Notes under the pieces: model-generated
The model's database searches: none
The model's input: the letters and a program-made list of their open reading frames with translations, nothing else
Told to the model about the DNA's origin: nothing
Assembly (NCBI GenBank): GCA_001643675.2
Contig: LSRY02000037.1
Span: forward strand, 124,001 to 188,000
Direction of reading: 5' to 3'
DNA from: Monocercomonoides exilis PA203
Taxonomy: Eukaryota > Protista > Preaxostyla
Length of the DNA: 64,000 nt
Position numbers and translations under genes: made by a program
In this document: piece after piece, positions 12,001 to 19,300 of the stretch
How the letters are laid out: each line of letters opens with the position of its first letter
Numbering within the stretch: position 1 is the stretch's first letter

Positions 12001-15000
12001 TGGGTCAGTTGTGATGCAGAACGCAGATGACACTGATTTGATGGTATCAGACACATCAAAAGCAGAAGAAAGAGGAGCACACCACAAAAAGAGCAAACGT
12101 TACAAGATTTCAAAGAAGAGTTCCCAGAAAATAAAGAGAATAAAGTCGAAGATGGACTACACTCCTTATCTGAGCTGTGTGTGTTCATGCAATTTTATCC
12201 ACTTTGCCCAGAGTCAGCAAATAACTCTTCAAGAACAAGCAAATTCTAGCGTTAGAGGAGGAGATGGAGCAATGCAGATTGGTCAGTTGGGAGAACAGAA
12301 TTTGAATCCATTTCAGCAAAAAGATGGGAAAATATCATCAGCAGAGGTGTTTGAGGTTGATTCCACGGCAGGAAGCATTCTTCTCTGTCGTGTCGAGAGA
12401 AAGGATAGTCAAACATCAGCTGCTCCTTCAAATACTACAAATTCATCAAATACTTCATTGAATGCAAATGGTGCAGTTGTTGCATCTCCAGCATCTGCCT
12501 TTGCTGCTTCATCGATGAATATGACGTTGTTGAAAGATACTTCTCAGATGTCTACGCTGCCTTTTTCTCCTGCTGGGCATTTTGCTTCCTCTTCTTCTCT
12601 CCTCAAATCGCCAATCTATTCTAATGGAAGCGTGCTTTCCTCTCCTCAGTTCTCATATAACTCTTCTTCTTCATCTGATTCATCTCAAACCTCTTCTGAC
12701 TTTATCTCCACTCAGCAAGCATCGCTTTTATCATCACCAGCAGCATCGTCTTTGAATGTAACTTCTCCGTTTCTTTCGCAAAACATCACAAATGCGCAAC
12801 CTGGTTCGTCTGCTGTTTCTGGAGGAGCAAGCGAAGTGGAAGGATCTCCGGTCCTGCTTCATCCGTCACCTGTGCATTCAGTTGGAATGGAGCAGATGGA
12901 AGATCTCGGATTCGGAGAGAAGCAGCCTCAAGCAACATTACAAATGCAGTCGCTCAGTGGCACAGGTGCAATCTCATTTGGCTCTCAGCCTGATATGTTT
13001 GAGCCCACATACCAGCAAGTTTCTTCGGCGTCTGATAATGTCAATGCAGCAGACACACAGCCAACTGTGCGTGAGGCAAATCCTGTGCCAGCATCCACTT
13101 TTGTGCCTCCAGCGCCGCACGTGGAACGTCGGAGAATTATTCTTTTGCATGGAGGTATTTCTCCGATCCTGCCAATCCCATCACTGGAAGACGAGTTCAC
13201 ACATATTGCTCCACTGGACATAACAGACAAGCAGAGGAGGAATCTGCGCGATGGATGCAACCAGGTGCTTCGGGATCTGCGCACACGGGAACTGGATCTC
13301 ATCCTGTCCACATTGTGGGGTGATCCAGGAGACAAGGACCAGACAGACTCAGGCCGGCCGTACTTCTCGCCGCAGACAACCGAACGATTTGCCGTAAAAA
13401 ACAAGGCTGATTTGGTTATCAGAGCGCATCTTCAAGGAGCACAGGGAGCATTTGTGTATCATGGTTCACGTATCTTGACTTGCTTTTCAGATCCTGATTA
13501 CTGCTGTAATCCAACTCAGGGAACTGTTATGCTTCTGAAATTGACACCAAACCCATCTCAAACAAGATCGTCAATTCATGTGCCTTTGAGTTCAGCACGC
13601 ACTTCACAAGCAGGAGCGATTTCAGCTTCTCAATCCTCATCATCATCGACTTTTTCTTCTTCTTCAGCTACACTTCCACTCACACGCACATCACTTACGC
13701 ATGCAGCTGATAAAGCCCTCAACCAGCTTGTTAGAAAACTGGAGCAATCGCAGGAAGAATACTTCAACCAGCTGCAGTACGATATCGAGACAAACAACAT
13801 CGACCCAACACATCGCCCGCCTCCTCCTCCGCCGAAGCCTCTGAGGCAGAGAGAGAAGGGGGTTGTGTGCACCCGCAATTTGATGGGTGAAGAGATCGAT
13901 GGGACGGGCGATGTTGACTGGTCACTGTTTCTGGAAAAGGGGCTGGGAGAGCTTCTGTTTACTGACGAGTCACTCAAAAGACTCAAAAAGGACGATTCAT
14001 CGACAACAGATTCCTCTTGTTCAAATATACCAAGCACTGTATCTGCAAAGGCAGCATCTGCAGCTGCATCGTCACTTCCACCTTCTCCGTTGTTCACGAT
14101 CGATATGATTAAGTTGGACATCTACGACCATTCCACAACCATCACGCCAGAAACGTACGATATTTTGTTGAAGGAACAGGAGCAGCGAAGGGTTGTGCGT
14201 GAGGTCGAGCATCGCAGTCAACAACATGCCATCGACTCGCTCCATCGAAAGCTGATGAGTCAAGCTCTGAAAATTGTGGAGGCTGAGAAAATGCACTTTG
14301 TGGATTTCCATGTGAAGTCATTCGCTTTGGAATCTTCAACTATGCCACTTATTTCAAACGTATCAGCATCGTTGTCTCAACCATCATCAGCTGCATTGCC
14401 TTCCGCAGTATCGCCATTCTTGCAACTTCCATCTGCATCAACTCTTATCTCTGCTGTTGTATCTGATCTGATGATGCTTTTGTACAACAACGGTGCTGTG
14501 TCTGACTGTCTCTGCAAGCTCGGCGAGTTTGGCAGCTCTGTCGTCCACTGCGAGAAGGAGCTGCTTATTGCGAAGGTCAGAGAAAGAATCAAGCAGGTAG
14601 TGGAAGAAACAGAAAGCATACGACCGATTCTGGACAGCATTCAGCAGCAACTCTCACTTCAAGCACAACTGCAGCTGCAAATGCAATACCAAGTGCAAAT
14701 ACAACCGCAAATCCTTTTTGCGGGAAGCGAAACACATAACATCTTGTCGAGCAATCATCAAATGCCGTTCATTCAGAATGAGCCGCTTGCAGTTCAATCC
14801 AGTCAACTTGAGAGACTTTCTATCCAACAAGTAAGTACGACAACTCCTTCTCTCGAGCCCTTGCAAATATATCCATCTTCTTTGAATCCTGTGCAGCATC
14901 AACAAGAATCAAGCTTGGAAATGATGCTTCAAAGGAATGAAGAGAATCCAGTTGAAAAAAATAGGGAATCTTTGCTTGAAGGTGGAGTTCAATGTGAAGT

Positions 15001-15115
15001 ACCTGCAATGGGCATTTCAGATAAAGATGAAAGCAATATCAACGATATGGAAAAAGATGAAGAGGGTGAAGACTTATTTAATGATATATTGAATACTGAT
15101 ATCTACGGAAAGTGA
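2..15115 (+). CDS. Giant (>5,000 aa) PPP-family Ser/Thr phosphatase-like protein with extensive poly-Ser/poly-Glu low complexity; 5' end lies outside the window
   Basis: The frame is open from nt 2 (YPQFDPTASQ...) to TGA at 15113-15115; the track start at 101 is only a GTG. PPP motifs occur in order: GDIHG 6920, GDYVDRG 7019, GNHE 7115, MPLAAI ~7283, LLHGGISP (His 13148), LWGDP 13316, GR (Arg 13355), IRAH 13421, FSDPDYC 13484. Confidence 0.9.
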   Translation, partial: YPQFDPTASQFQPYLTPLAAQHALPFPPDDPAIVIEEREKTEEEKRKEREKEEKEEEENEEEEEGEEVRNEMDMNNAEGKEGEKTKKIKKESKKRAKKEKGSGFDSVSAAASTSGITSISSSSSSSSSSSSSSSSSSSSSSSSSSTVLVSSTAPLVNSESFMTAPLSVSDRPHLFSYGQDAVAPSYSSSIAASASSSSLYPSSSSSPMYIPTSSEIESAVQMSACVSEITEIDENEPLFSRSSLLVNDTRERIAMMAKAMKELNAGEKRKRERERERERERERERERERERERDMEKEKEREKERSRMMRMGYLSSSSSSSSSSSSTSSDNFEYLPEPIKEIPVMLFLVPGKIHLFELPSKEKEEDAKREIEREQKRVEMERKKEEERRKEQMTNSSSVSSQMISDDSNIALSQEQIESRNQQNSITTTSSSSPSPSSSSSPPSPPSLPPDIACIITQGRRIVAQLVFPSSMPFVTVCRELSLFTRPSRQTPSFVMKQYSKGGIPKPPIDPVTFATTVRVAAQDAEGVTVLKIPHVENVPFERYFQPEFHGADTSYRTDPALFERYGDRWGEEGEEEEDEEEEEEEEDESNASSLSLLSENQRHNRDGMVQFGGNGGISMIGISGESNELLKDKEGGELETKREKKKKSTKKKKVVIANSEEGYSSCGCGVSFGDVWGWKGEKRRTYRKAKMIAERMRAIEKKRKQKLNGRGREEEDEKERGEGDDTGSVCIENYAKKDGANDERLISNTKLEAEVTKEHNLIPAKFSSLLSRPKKLTKAIQEKFYTLTNDEKLRLARLARIALRDRHISQWSIHMSIGHTGEWMKESYHFIMKLRLYIKLVEIAMKERTERLLEKLAKWRKQREERRNEMGGGEKEGERRKFGAGDGGFDDSASILAQRMLRQRQGSMYGWGGRGGRGESDRYSVASSTASSSLSSYSRGNFPSNVSYSSSAAGVGVETTSYLSYQSGFSDQQSLAFSVYSSGYSRGGARERERERERERERSRDGDRNREREQRKDSLDGRSIASSSIYAPSLISGSTLPSLYHRKSPQLPSSAVTPTSFINLQHESFPHAMYPASSSSSTSSSSSSDPTTSSSIVPFNQLTSSEQLLRLLPERIRRELTILTKMMARITELKEVHEELYRCFTQHELYFLWLMHIGELSAIRPEQKWRRNWVKVMEKLKSWSRRHEKWVRDVTEKMRQKRRRHNRNSRRNANGVNAAGSKGKEGKGNKMNKQAEGANQQKEKENENEKEQGQMDSTEAAESEEMRPVDIGDVSEFRTHLPAVPPTTTSTSLPSTSSASSAVDGAVSQLQQSQSSSAGVNGAMNGRMAAEDEEDDDENANGMNNIIHLPDDDMLPIAGDRPPLALPPPSSSSSSSSSVEKLRRGNTTPSRASMGSAKTQPYSQVSDSANQRKQKQKQLKERKKLSVIPTSLLQPLQTSLTDTIGFDLYPADLNVNEQREQWVELPGDSLFTEEEEEKEEVKLSEAVEKEERRRKRMELGEEILRKRKMERRGKRMMEGGMEEDGDEDNKEEEEEEEEEGIYAQKRSGEDEVEREKKEKEVKNVFGVSEDRDDVNDADEAAKDPFDEENAEWTWKTRMKPEQLNPFNDNDNNDNNDNSNNSNGEEEDNLSDVNDEERRKEEGGMDIEAASPAPLLQPLYPSRGIMNRIHQHKTSKVVKRRERRKKERKGAMEQDGSVEESNQSDSNGSGNESIGNERVGRMEEAGRRRIYHSRYSSVRRVSSATSPNQPSFYVHSTATPADAFNSLKKMHPSLPFSHLCQFTPRYRRLRRIYNALEKYEDLWDNFSSTLRCLWPTRETTSEANRVPPPADPPLELGLSSKHLRRLVERCCVAVRESSEKVKRYLPSRVMHPFEHPHSPFIPCNHGCRRVGMFYSWQMSYQVVLHNKHHRFFPTSSSAVSKEDVRKAVEASPVPVLTDEENERMEIWMKHKELVAERQLAVRHLQREEARKREEKALRSLGFEGVVNGDGEADETSSFRHLSVTQQIEEQKMQQYRRGRNDQAITPHQTSPFTLSALPHRIPIHPRLYQHLVLLSKKPFVCSSATATFGWFSTFFDPRRPVYQYGRFRVPNTFCPSFTNVPVPITLNPYSAGGVLNAAFLKQTKEYITRAIAQQAILQRRYEEAMEAQRRMYPQQQYGFGGGYGYGGAAAASHAHLHRGSIHHQRKGSLQPPPPIFTREEFERFIAMATSHFSQPEYRPVLKVDVHFGEGWREGQAVVSVDDYIKMKKKKEKKKENKGKGNKENYGRGMKEEEENEKDKAKTSTSSHSIDDGVKNESRNFHGLLVVGDIHGNFKGLLQVLSVVDEVLSAPEGRGSVVFLGDYVDRGIESIECLVLILLYRLTYPQRVFLLRGNHESHTSSEYQQVNDELKNRYPMSEQAYFPYPYPVRGAYIRVHPLFASLLQLFNMMPLAAIATLFYHPPLPEIPLPPQNVIREVSQMEKVEKMKKMEQNNNAVQTNDPFSSSSSSSSNNINNNNRNKEMNQLNQMSSIEGQMNDVSVISGRSDNTATDNTNSLISSMENNSTSIASSSSFPSANQSSLMTNGINGEQTIQQQVQRINSKGTIVGKVSLTGDSLITASETSTSSSSSTSASSSSSSSSSSSSTFHRLRRKRYPIPVFEEFIPALTLRPHLPKIHRQRLMQQSADGNNGGISYSSSSSSASSSSPSSSSSNFNDSSQFFNTSPSNITLPGQTSNAAFLNTSFSTTLQQTPNSSSSSSSSSSLSSSPSQDSHNLLVTPPLPSSTLPSSSSSSSSSPSSSPSSSLSPSTPTHTHHISPSAFQSQQEKTKRLLWQQMSEKEKLKQAEKQDVDVSQLVEKIGELTIEAPILNGVAINDSSVPSALSVDEGNLSSSSSSLVKTADNVQIKGNEMDIEPEPVSIYQQGERENMTQIGASSNISSSPSSSPQSSLMNSDDSGQYPMLMESIYGRDATETDNDDDNDNDNEEEEEEGDEEEEEGGEGGEGGAEKEGNLNGKKSLIRHETVRRHVRKKDSSASSSSSAGNEMEGEKSQHRNESGGDDSEGTESVTETEAAETSEGEGNIIQNTFGDGTTNTNVNGMNMTSSRNNTAQQQGKSQETKQTSNQRAKRRKAKEDASKLPFVVNIRRCPCCLPNNSNQTNTDSSAIPLSSSSSTSSSSLTISPSKPFPRSPFVKPFRCRFDRTAIRSHLADPLFPSQIPHRITRHTPQIVSVCHRCHFCGKCSVHSEGNKQNRKGKRKTGGEGGGEENVNNDGINYNLSNSFSSSQKCSCLCHIHHSDASHAPITSSPLALSSANSNASFISHSENSPFTSSVNQTTQTSNNQIIGSTLSASSSSTSSSSISSIRTNETSPVWDEYAAVVVEKGKSEAEEKDRLINGLSKTGLVPFNSLNISNNSFPSLPSSSISSQNSSNAQKLPPRLLPSSRTEKRSLNEKCLCYSTKGIFCAASTPQRSYVCIERGKKNSFDDRSKQEEEEGIAFSGSSFAAHSGGDVLMAMDEEKALGRGTQLPLHLSRRSHTFTSSSAYSHNQRSNMKFSSSSKSSAQHGFLNVDDENDTTNDFENDSPTPLSSDIDMSSLSSTASGLFPKRGSPESNKTKAYQQSVGNNTGMAINTSDYSSSSSSSSSFGFTPVFEAPAPRKSRSAPPTDMFMPNAVGIMYSQSSQAYQTQQTYQQYQRNIQDISNVQPFIPSSGDAFTSSYPSASEQSGLLDASSSLSSTTSQSSFSSFPASFTTVSFAPSPSIPFMRSLSPPPASSSSSSSSAFYSPLRAVTGSSSKQFTSFAMGMAPQTADSTARQYSQQQQQENHQGSQIFQSIYGTDKNSSNSDASNPSSIHLTNFDGYQHVTPFISSAQNIQQQNNVNNGQSSSRHPMSHKELMMHLMLMHNRRVQKRMRRDGGKRWKVDSEDDSLHLGRSVHGAMGKEGRGKAAAVRGRGKEGGKDKDLKLSLDESDSLAMNASGKITNGLANEVEFDESETEEEEEEEEEEGEDERDREEITESSLGSIGSVVMQNADDTDLMVSDTSKAEERGAHHKKSKRYKISKKSSQKIKRIKSKMDYTPYLSCVCSCNFIHFAQSQQITLQEQANSSVRGGDGAMQIGQLGEQNLNPFQQKDGKISSAEVFEVDSTAGSILLCRVERKDSQTSAAPSNTTNSSNTSLNANGAVVASPASAFAASSMNMTLLKDTSQMSTLPFSPAGHFASSSSLLKSPIYSNGSVLSSPQFSYNSSSSSDSSQTSSDFISTQQASLLSSPAASSLNVTSPFLSQNITNAQPGSSAVSGGASEVEGSPVLLHPSPVHSVGMEQMEDLGFGEKQPQATLQMQSLSGTGAISFGSQPDMFEPTYQQVSSASDNVNAADTQPTVREANPVPASTFVPPAPHVERRRIILLHGGISPILPIPSLEDEFTHIAPLDITDKQRRNLRDGCNQVLRDLRTRELDLILSTLWGDPGDKDQTDSGRPYFSPQTTERFAVKNKADLVIRAHLQGAQGAFVYHGSRILTCFSDPDYCCNPTQGTVMLLKLTPNPSQTRSSIHVPLSSARTSQAGAISASQSSSSSTFSSSSATLPLTRTSLTHAADKALNQLVRKLEQSQEEYFNQLQYDIETNNIDPTHRPPPPPPKPLRQREKGVVCTRNLMGEEIDGTGDVDWSLFLEKGLGELLFTDESLKRLKKDDSSTTDSSCSNIPSTVSAKAASAAASSLPPSPLFTIDMIKLDIYDHSTTITPETYDILLKEQEQRRVVREVEHRSQQHAIDSLHRKLMSQALKIVEAEKMHFVDFHVKSFALESSTMPLISNVSASLSQPSSAALPSAVSPFLQLPSASTLISAVVSDLMMLLYNNGAVSDCLCKLGEFGSSVVHCEKELLIAKVRERIKQVVEETESIRPILDSIQQQLSLQAQLQLQMQYQVQIQPQILFAGSETHNILSSNHQMPFIQNEPLAVQSSQLERLSIQQVSTTTPSLEPLQIYPSSLNPVQHQQESSLEMMLQRNEENPVEKNRESLLEGGVQCEVPAMGISDKDESNINDMEKDEEGEDLFNDILNTDIYGK

Positions 15116-16371
15116 TGCTATTTTTCCTTTTATATTACTTATTTTTGAATAACTTGATTTTTTCAAATGTTTTCTTCATTTGACATTTTTTTTTTATAAT
15201 CTTTTTTAAAAATAGTTTTCGTATCTCTCATAAAATGATACTTTTTATTGAATTGAATAAATTATATTAAGCAGTCAAATAGAAGTGAATAAGTAAAATA
15301 AAACAATGAAAAGTGAATAACAAATCTCATTTTGATCAAAAAGATTCAAATCAACAAGATTTGTCCAAAAAATAACAGAAAGAGATAAAAAGTTTCAAAA
15401 CGATGGAAAGAAATAAATAATTTGATGAAAAAAATAAAAGATAAATATCCATTTTCATTTGGATGCACAATAATTTTATATTTTTCTTGTGACAATTTAA
15501 GCATAACTTCCTGTTGAGGAACAAATCTCAGTTTATAAAAACAAATTTGAACATTGTTTTAAGAACTTATCAATTTTTTAATGTGGAATGAAATCACTTG
15601 CTTCATGAATCTGGTTCAACTCTATTTTTTCTAGTATTTTTCATAATTTTCTTATTTTTTTTCTATAATTTTTTGCATAAGAATGACAGACTTGTGAAGA
15701 TATGATTTCAGATAAGTTTTTAATAAATCGTTGTATTTTTCAAAAACGCAAAAAATATTTCACGTTTGTGTGAGCAAGTTAGTGATAAATTACAAATTCA
15801 AGTCGTAATTATGAATTGAATAAACTGAAATTTTTCACTGAAAGAATATAAAATTGAATGAATATTGATATGAAATTAAAATCATTTCAACGCAATAATC
15901 TCTCAAATCAAAATGAAAATAAACTCATCAATAAATATTCTTCTGTTTAAACGCAAAAAAAGAATAATTATAAATTGTGAACGCAAGGGTGTGGAATTAC
16001 ATATATATACATGTTGTTGAAGATGAAAGGGTGTTGGAGTCACAATGTCAACAAAAATCAAAAGACATCTCTTTTACGAGTGTCACTCTCAAAAGATGTG
16101 AAACGAAACTGATTGCAAAAGATGAAATCAAGAATATATAATACTGCTAACATTCACATGATATAATCACAAAACCCAAACGATATTCAAACAAAATCTC
16201 ATCCAACAAAAATAGAAATTTTTAATTTGAACAAAAATTCAACAAAATTCAACACAAACAAAAATACATTGAAGTTGCTTTCAAAAACAAAAAGACTGGA
16301 AAAAACACATCAAATCTATTCATTCACTTCGTTCACATCAGAATGTTTCCCTTTGTTTGGAATTAGCTTTT

Positions 16372-19300
16372 TCATTGTGCAGCATTCTCATTCGTATTTG
16401 TCTCACTTTCATCACTTTTCTCACATCCACTTTTTTTCATTTCCTTTTCTTCAGAGGACTCTTCCAATTCAATCGCATCTGACATCGTCACAATCACCAT
16501 CTCCGCTGGAAAGCGCTTCATGAACTCCCGCTTCAGCTGCGTGAGCGACGGACGGTCTTCTGCTGACGAAGAAATGCAATTTTTGATGGTTTCATAATAT
16601 GAGTTTGCTTGTAACTCCTCCAATGCAGGTCTTTCTCCATTCACAATCTTCTGCCCTGCTCCCTCCCCATCATACTCTCCAAACGGTATTTGAAGAGTCA
16701 AGCACTCCCACAGCATCATCCCAATCGAAAACACAACTGACTCCTTTGTTGCCCCCATCTTCTTGTTGATCAGCAGCTCTGGTGCCTTCCACCTCAGGCA
16801 CTCTTTTTTGAAACTATCTTCATCCTCAAAGGCAGATGAAGGTGGTGGTGAATCTGTGAATCTCTCGCTCATCACCGAAACATTGGAGGAAGAAGAAACC
16901 ATTGTCACCAAAGAGATGGAAGAAGAATCTGAATCATCTGATGAAAGCAAATCAGAATGCATAACGATGCAGATCACCATGTGCTCAGAGAAAAGAATAA
17001 TGTGTGGGCTGAGATTGGAAAGAGAAGAGAGCGAATTGTCCATTTCATCAAAGGAGTGGAGTGCGAGATTAGTCACCCAGAACAGGATTTGAGCTGCTGT
17101 CTGCTCCCTCTCCTGAAGAGTGCCTATCGCTATCTCTTTTGTCTTATTCCTTCCATGAAGCAGCATGAACAGCGAATCCCTCAGATCCACAATCAGCTTC
17201 TCATGAGGAGATGAACATGCCATCGCATCCACCAAGTTCGACATCGATGAGGTTGTTGGGCACAGATCCTCACCTCGAACAAATGTTGTGTCTGTGTCCG
17301 AAGTATCTGTTGTTGAAGTTGATGAAATTGATGGTGATGGCGTTCTCTTTCTTGTCTCTTCCTCATCTTCAACCTTCTCGAGCATCCACTCTGGAATCCT
17401 GTCTGAATCTCTTCCAAGGATATATTCAGTTGATCCACTCTCACTCAATAAATGCTCCGATGACTCCGAATGTCCCAAGCTTTTTTCATATACTCTCTTC
17501 TTTATCCTTTCTTCGTTCTTCTCAGCTTCTCTTTCTGCCCTCCTCCATTGTGCCTCTGGAGACATCTCCATCGTCACCATCTCAAATGCCTTCGGATCTT
17601 TTCTGATGTTATCATTCACAATCTCTCTCAAATCTTTATTCTCATTCCTTGCCTTTCTCCATCGAATCGTCATGATAATAGATACAATAAGAATAATCAC
17701 AAGAATAACTGCCATGATTATAACAATCAATAACAAATAAGATTTCCCTTCTTTCCCTCCTTCAACAATCTTTTCATCATCTTTTTGATTTGTTTCACTT
17801 GCATTCTTCAGAATAAATGACTGAGTTGACGAAGGAGATTCTGCATTCCCAAACAAAATGTGCACACTCATCTCAACATCATCTCCACAACTCCTGATAA
17901 GATCCTTTGTCACACTTCCTTCAACTTCCCTTTCTGACAAAAATCCATTTGATTCAAAATCATGTTTTTCAATCTCTTTCTCCTCTCCTTTCCTCTTCAC
18001 AACTGCGAATGACAGATTGCATGGAACAAGAAGCATTCCTTTGAATGTAAGTTTCATTTTATCTGTCTCTTCTTTTTCTTCCACACTCTCCAGAACAGGA
18101 ATGAAAAATGATGAATCCCTTTCTGAAGCAATCCCTTCAAAACTGCACCCTTCATTCAACATCCAAAGTGATGCATTATCCTTCAATCCATCTCCTCCTT
18201 TCAAACTCATCACTTTCAATGTTCCTGAATCTGAACAGATGATGTTTCTTCTCATTGAAGGATATCCTTCAACTGAAGGATTATTGTTCTCAAATCTTCC
18301 ATCATTAACAGATAATGCTCCTCCACTCATCGTAATTCCACCTTCTGGTGAATTTGATATTGTTGTGTCTTTCATCATCACTGAACTCTTTGTGATGCTA
18401 ACAAGAGATCCATCCCATCTGCAAATCTCCTCTTCGTCATTCAAATATTGCTCATTCCTTTCCTTTGTTCCTCCATCAAACAAACATGATCCAATCAGCA
18501 CATCCACACACTCACAAATCTCCACCATTCTCCCTCTCTCATTTGTGCCCTGGCATTGAGCAAATGAACAGTTTAGCACACTCATTCTCTTTTCGGCTCC
18601 TTCCATCTTCATCACACTCTCATTCCCACAAACAGAGTTATTCTCAAAATTCACTTCCTTCATCTCCATTTCAACCTTCCCTCCAGCACAAATCAAACCA
18701 CATTCACTCATCACATCCCAAACTCCAATCTCATTCATCGAAACCTTTCCCTCTTTGGTGAACGAGAGAAGTGGTGCTGTGGTGTGAATCCCATCAAATG
18801 TTGTTTCTGTCATCTTCAGCTCTCCTCTCTCCACACCCACAATCCTGCTCTTCATCACCAGATCCATCGTTTCTGAGCTGAACAAACACTCCGAAATCTC
18901 CAATCTCCCATCCTTCTCTTTCACAATGCTTTCCCCATCCCACCCAAACATCCCCCCAAACACAAATCCACATCTCTCCACAACACACTCATCAACAAAC
19001 ACAATCACACTTCCTCCATTCATTTCATCTTCTTCAATCACGGTATTGAAATGAATGGTTGCCTGCACTCTCTTCAATGGTTTCACATTCAAATCTCCAA
19101 TCTCACACACTCCCCCAATCAGACATTCTCCATCAATCCACAATACATTCATGAGATTCTTTTCGATGTGCCGAACTCCACAGCAAATGCTTTGGCATGG
19201 CTTCTCCTGTGCCCCACACTGTCTGCTGTCGCTCCCTTTCACTGACACAAACACCTGCACCGTATAATAGAATGTGATCAGCGGAATCAGATCAACATCA

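Noticed and set aside
7304-13130. Phosphatase insertion as an intein or spliceosomal intron
   Set aside because: No Hint-domain motifs, no His-Asn C-terminal junction and no endonuclease were seen. The insert is stop-free over 5.8 kb and unlike the short AT-rich introns here. RNA data are still needed to exclude splicing fully.
45-15008. Dozens of short antisense and alternate-frame ORFs overlapping the giant genes (also within 16372-24498, 28937-33328, 41201-45256 and 50597-62632)
   Set aside because: These are shadows of stop-poor low-complexity codons such as (TCT)n/(GAA)n, with no recognisable motifs.
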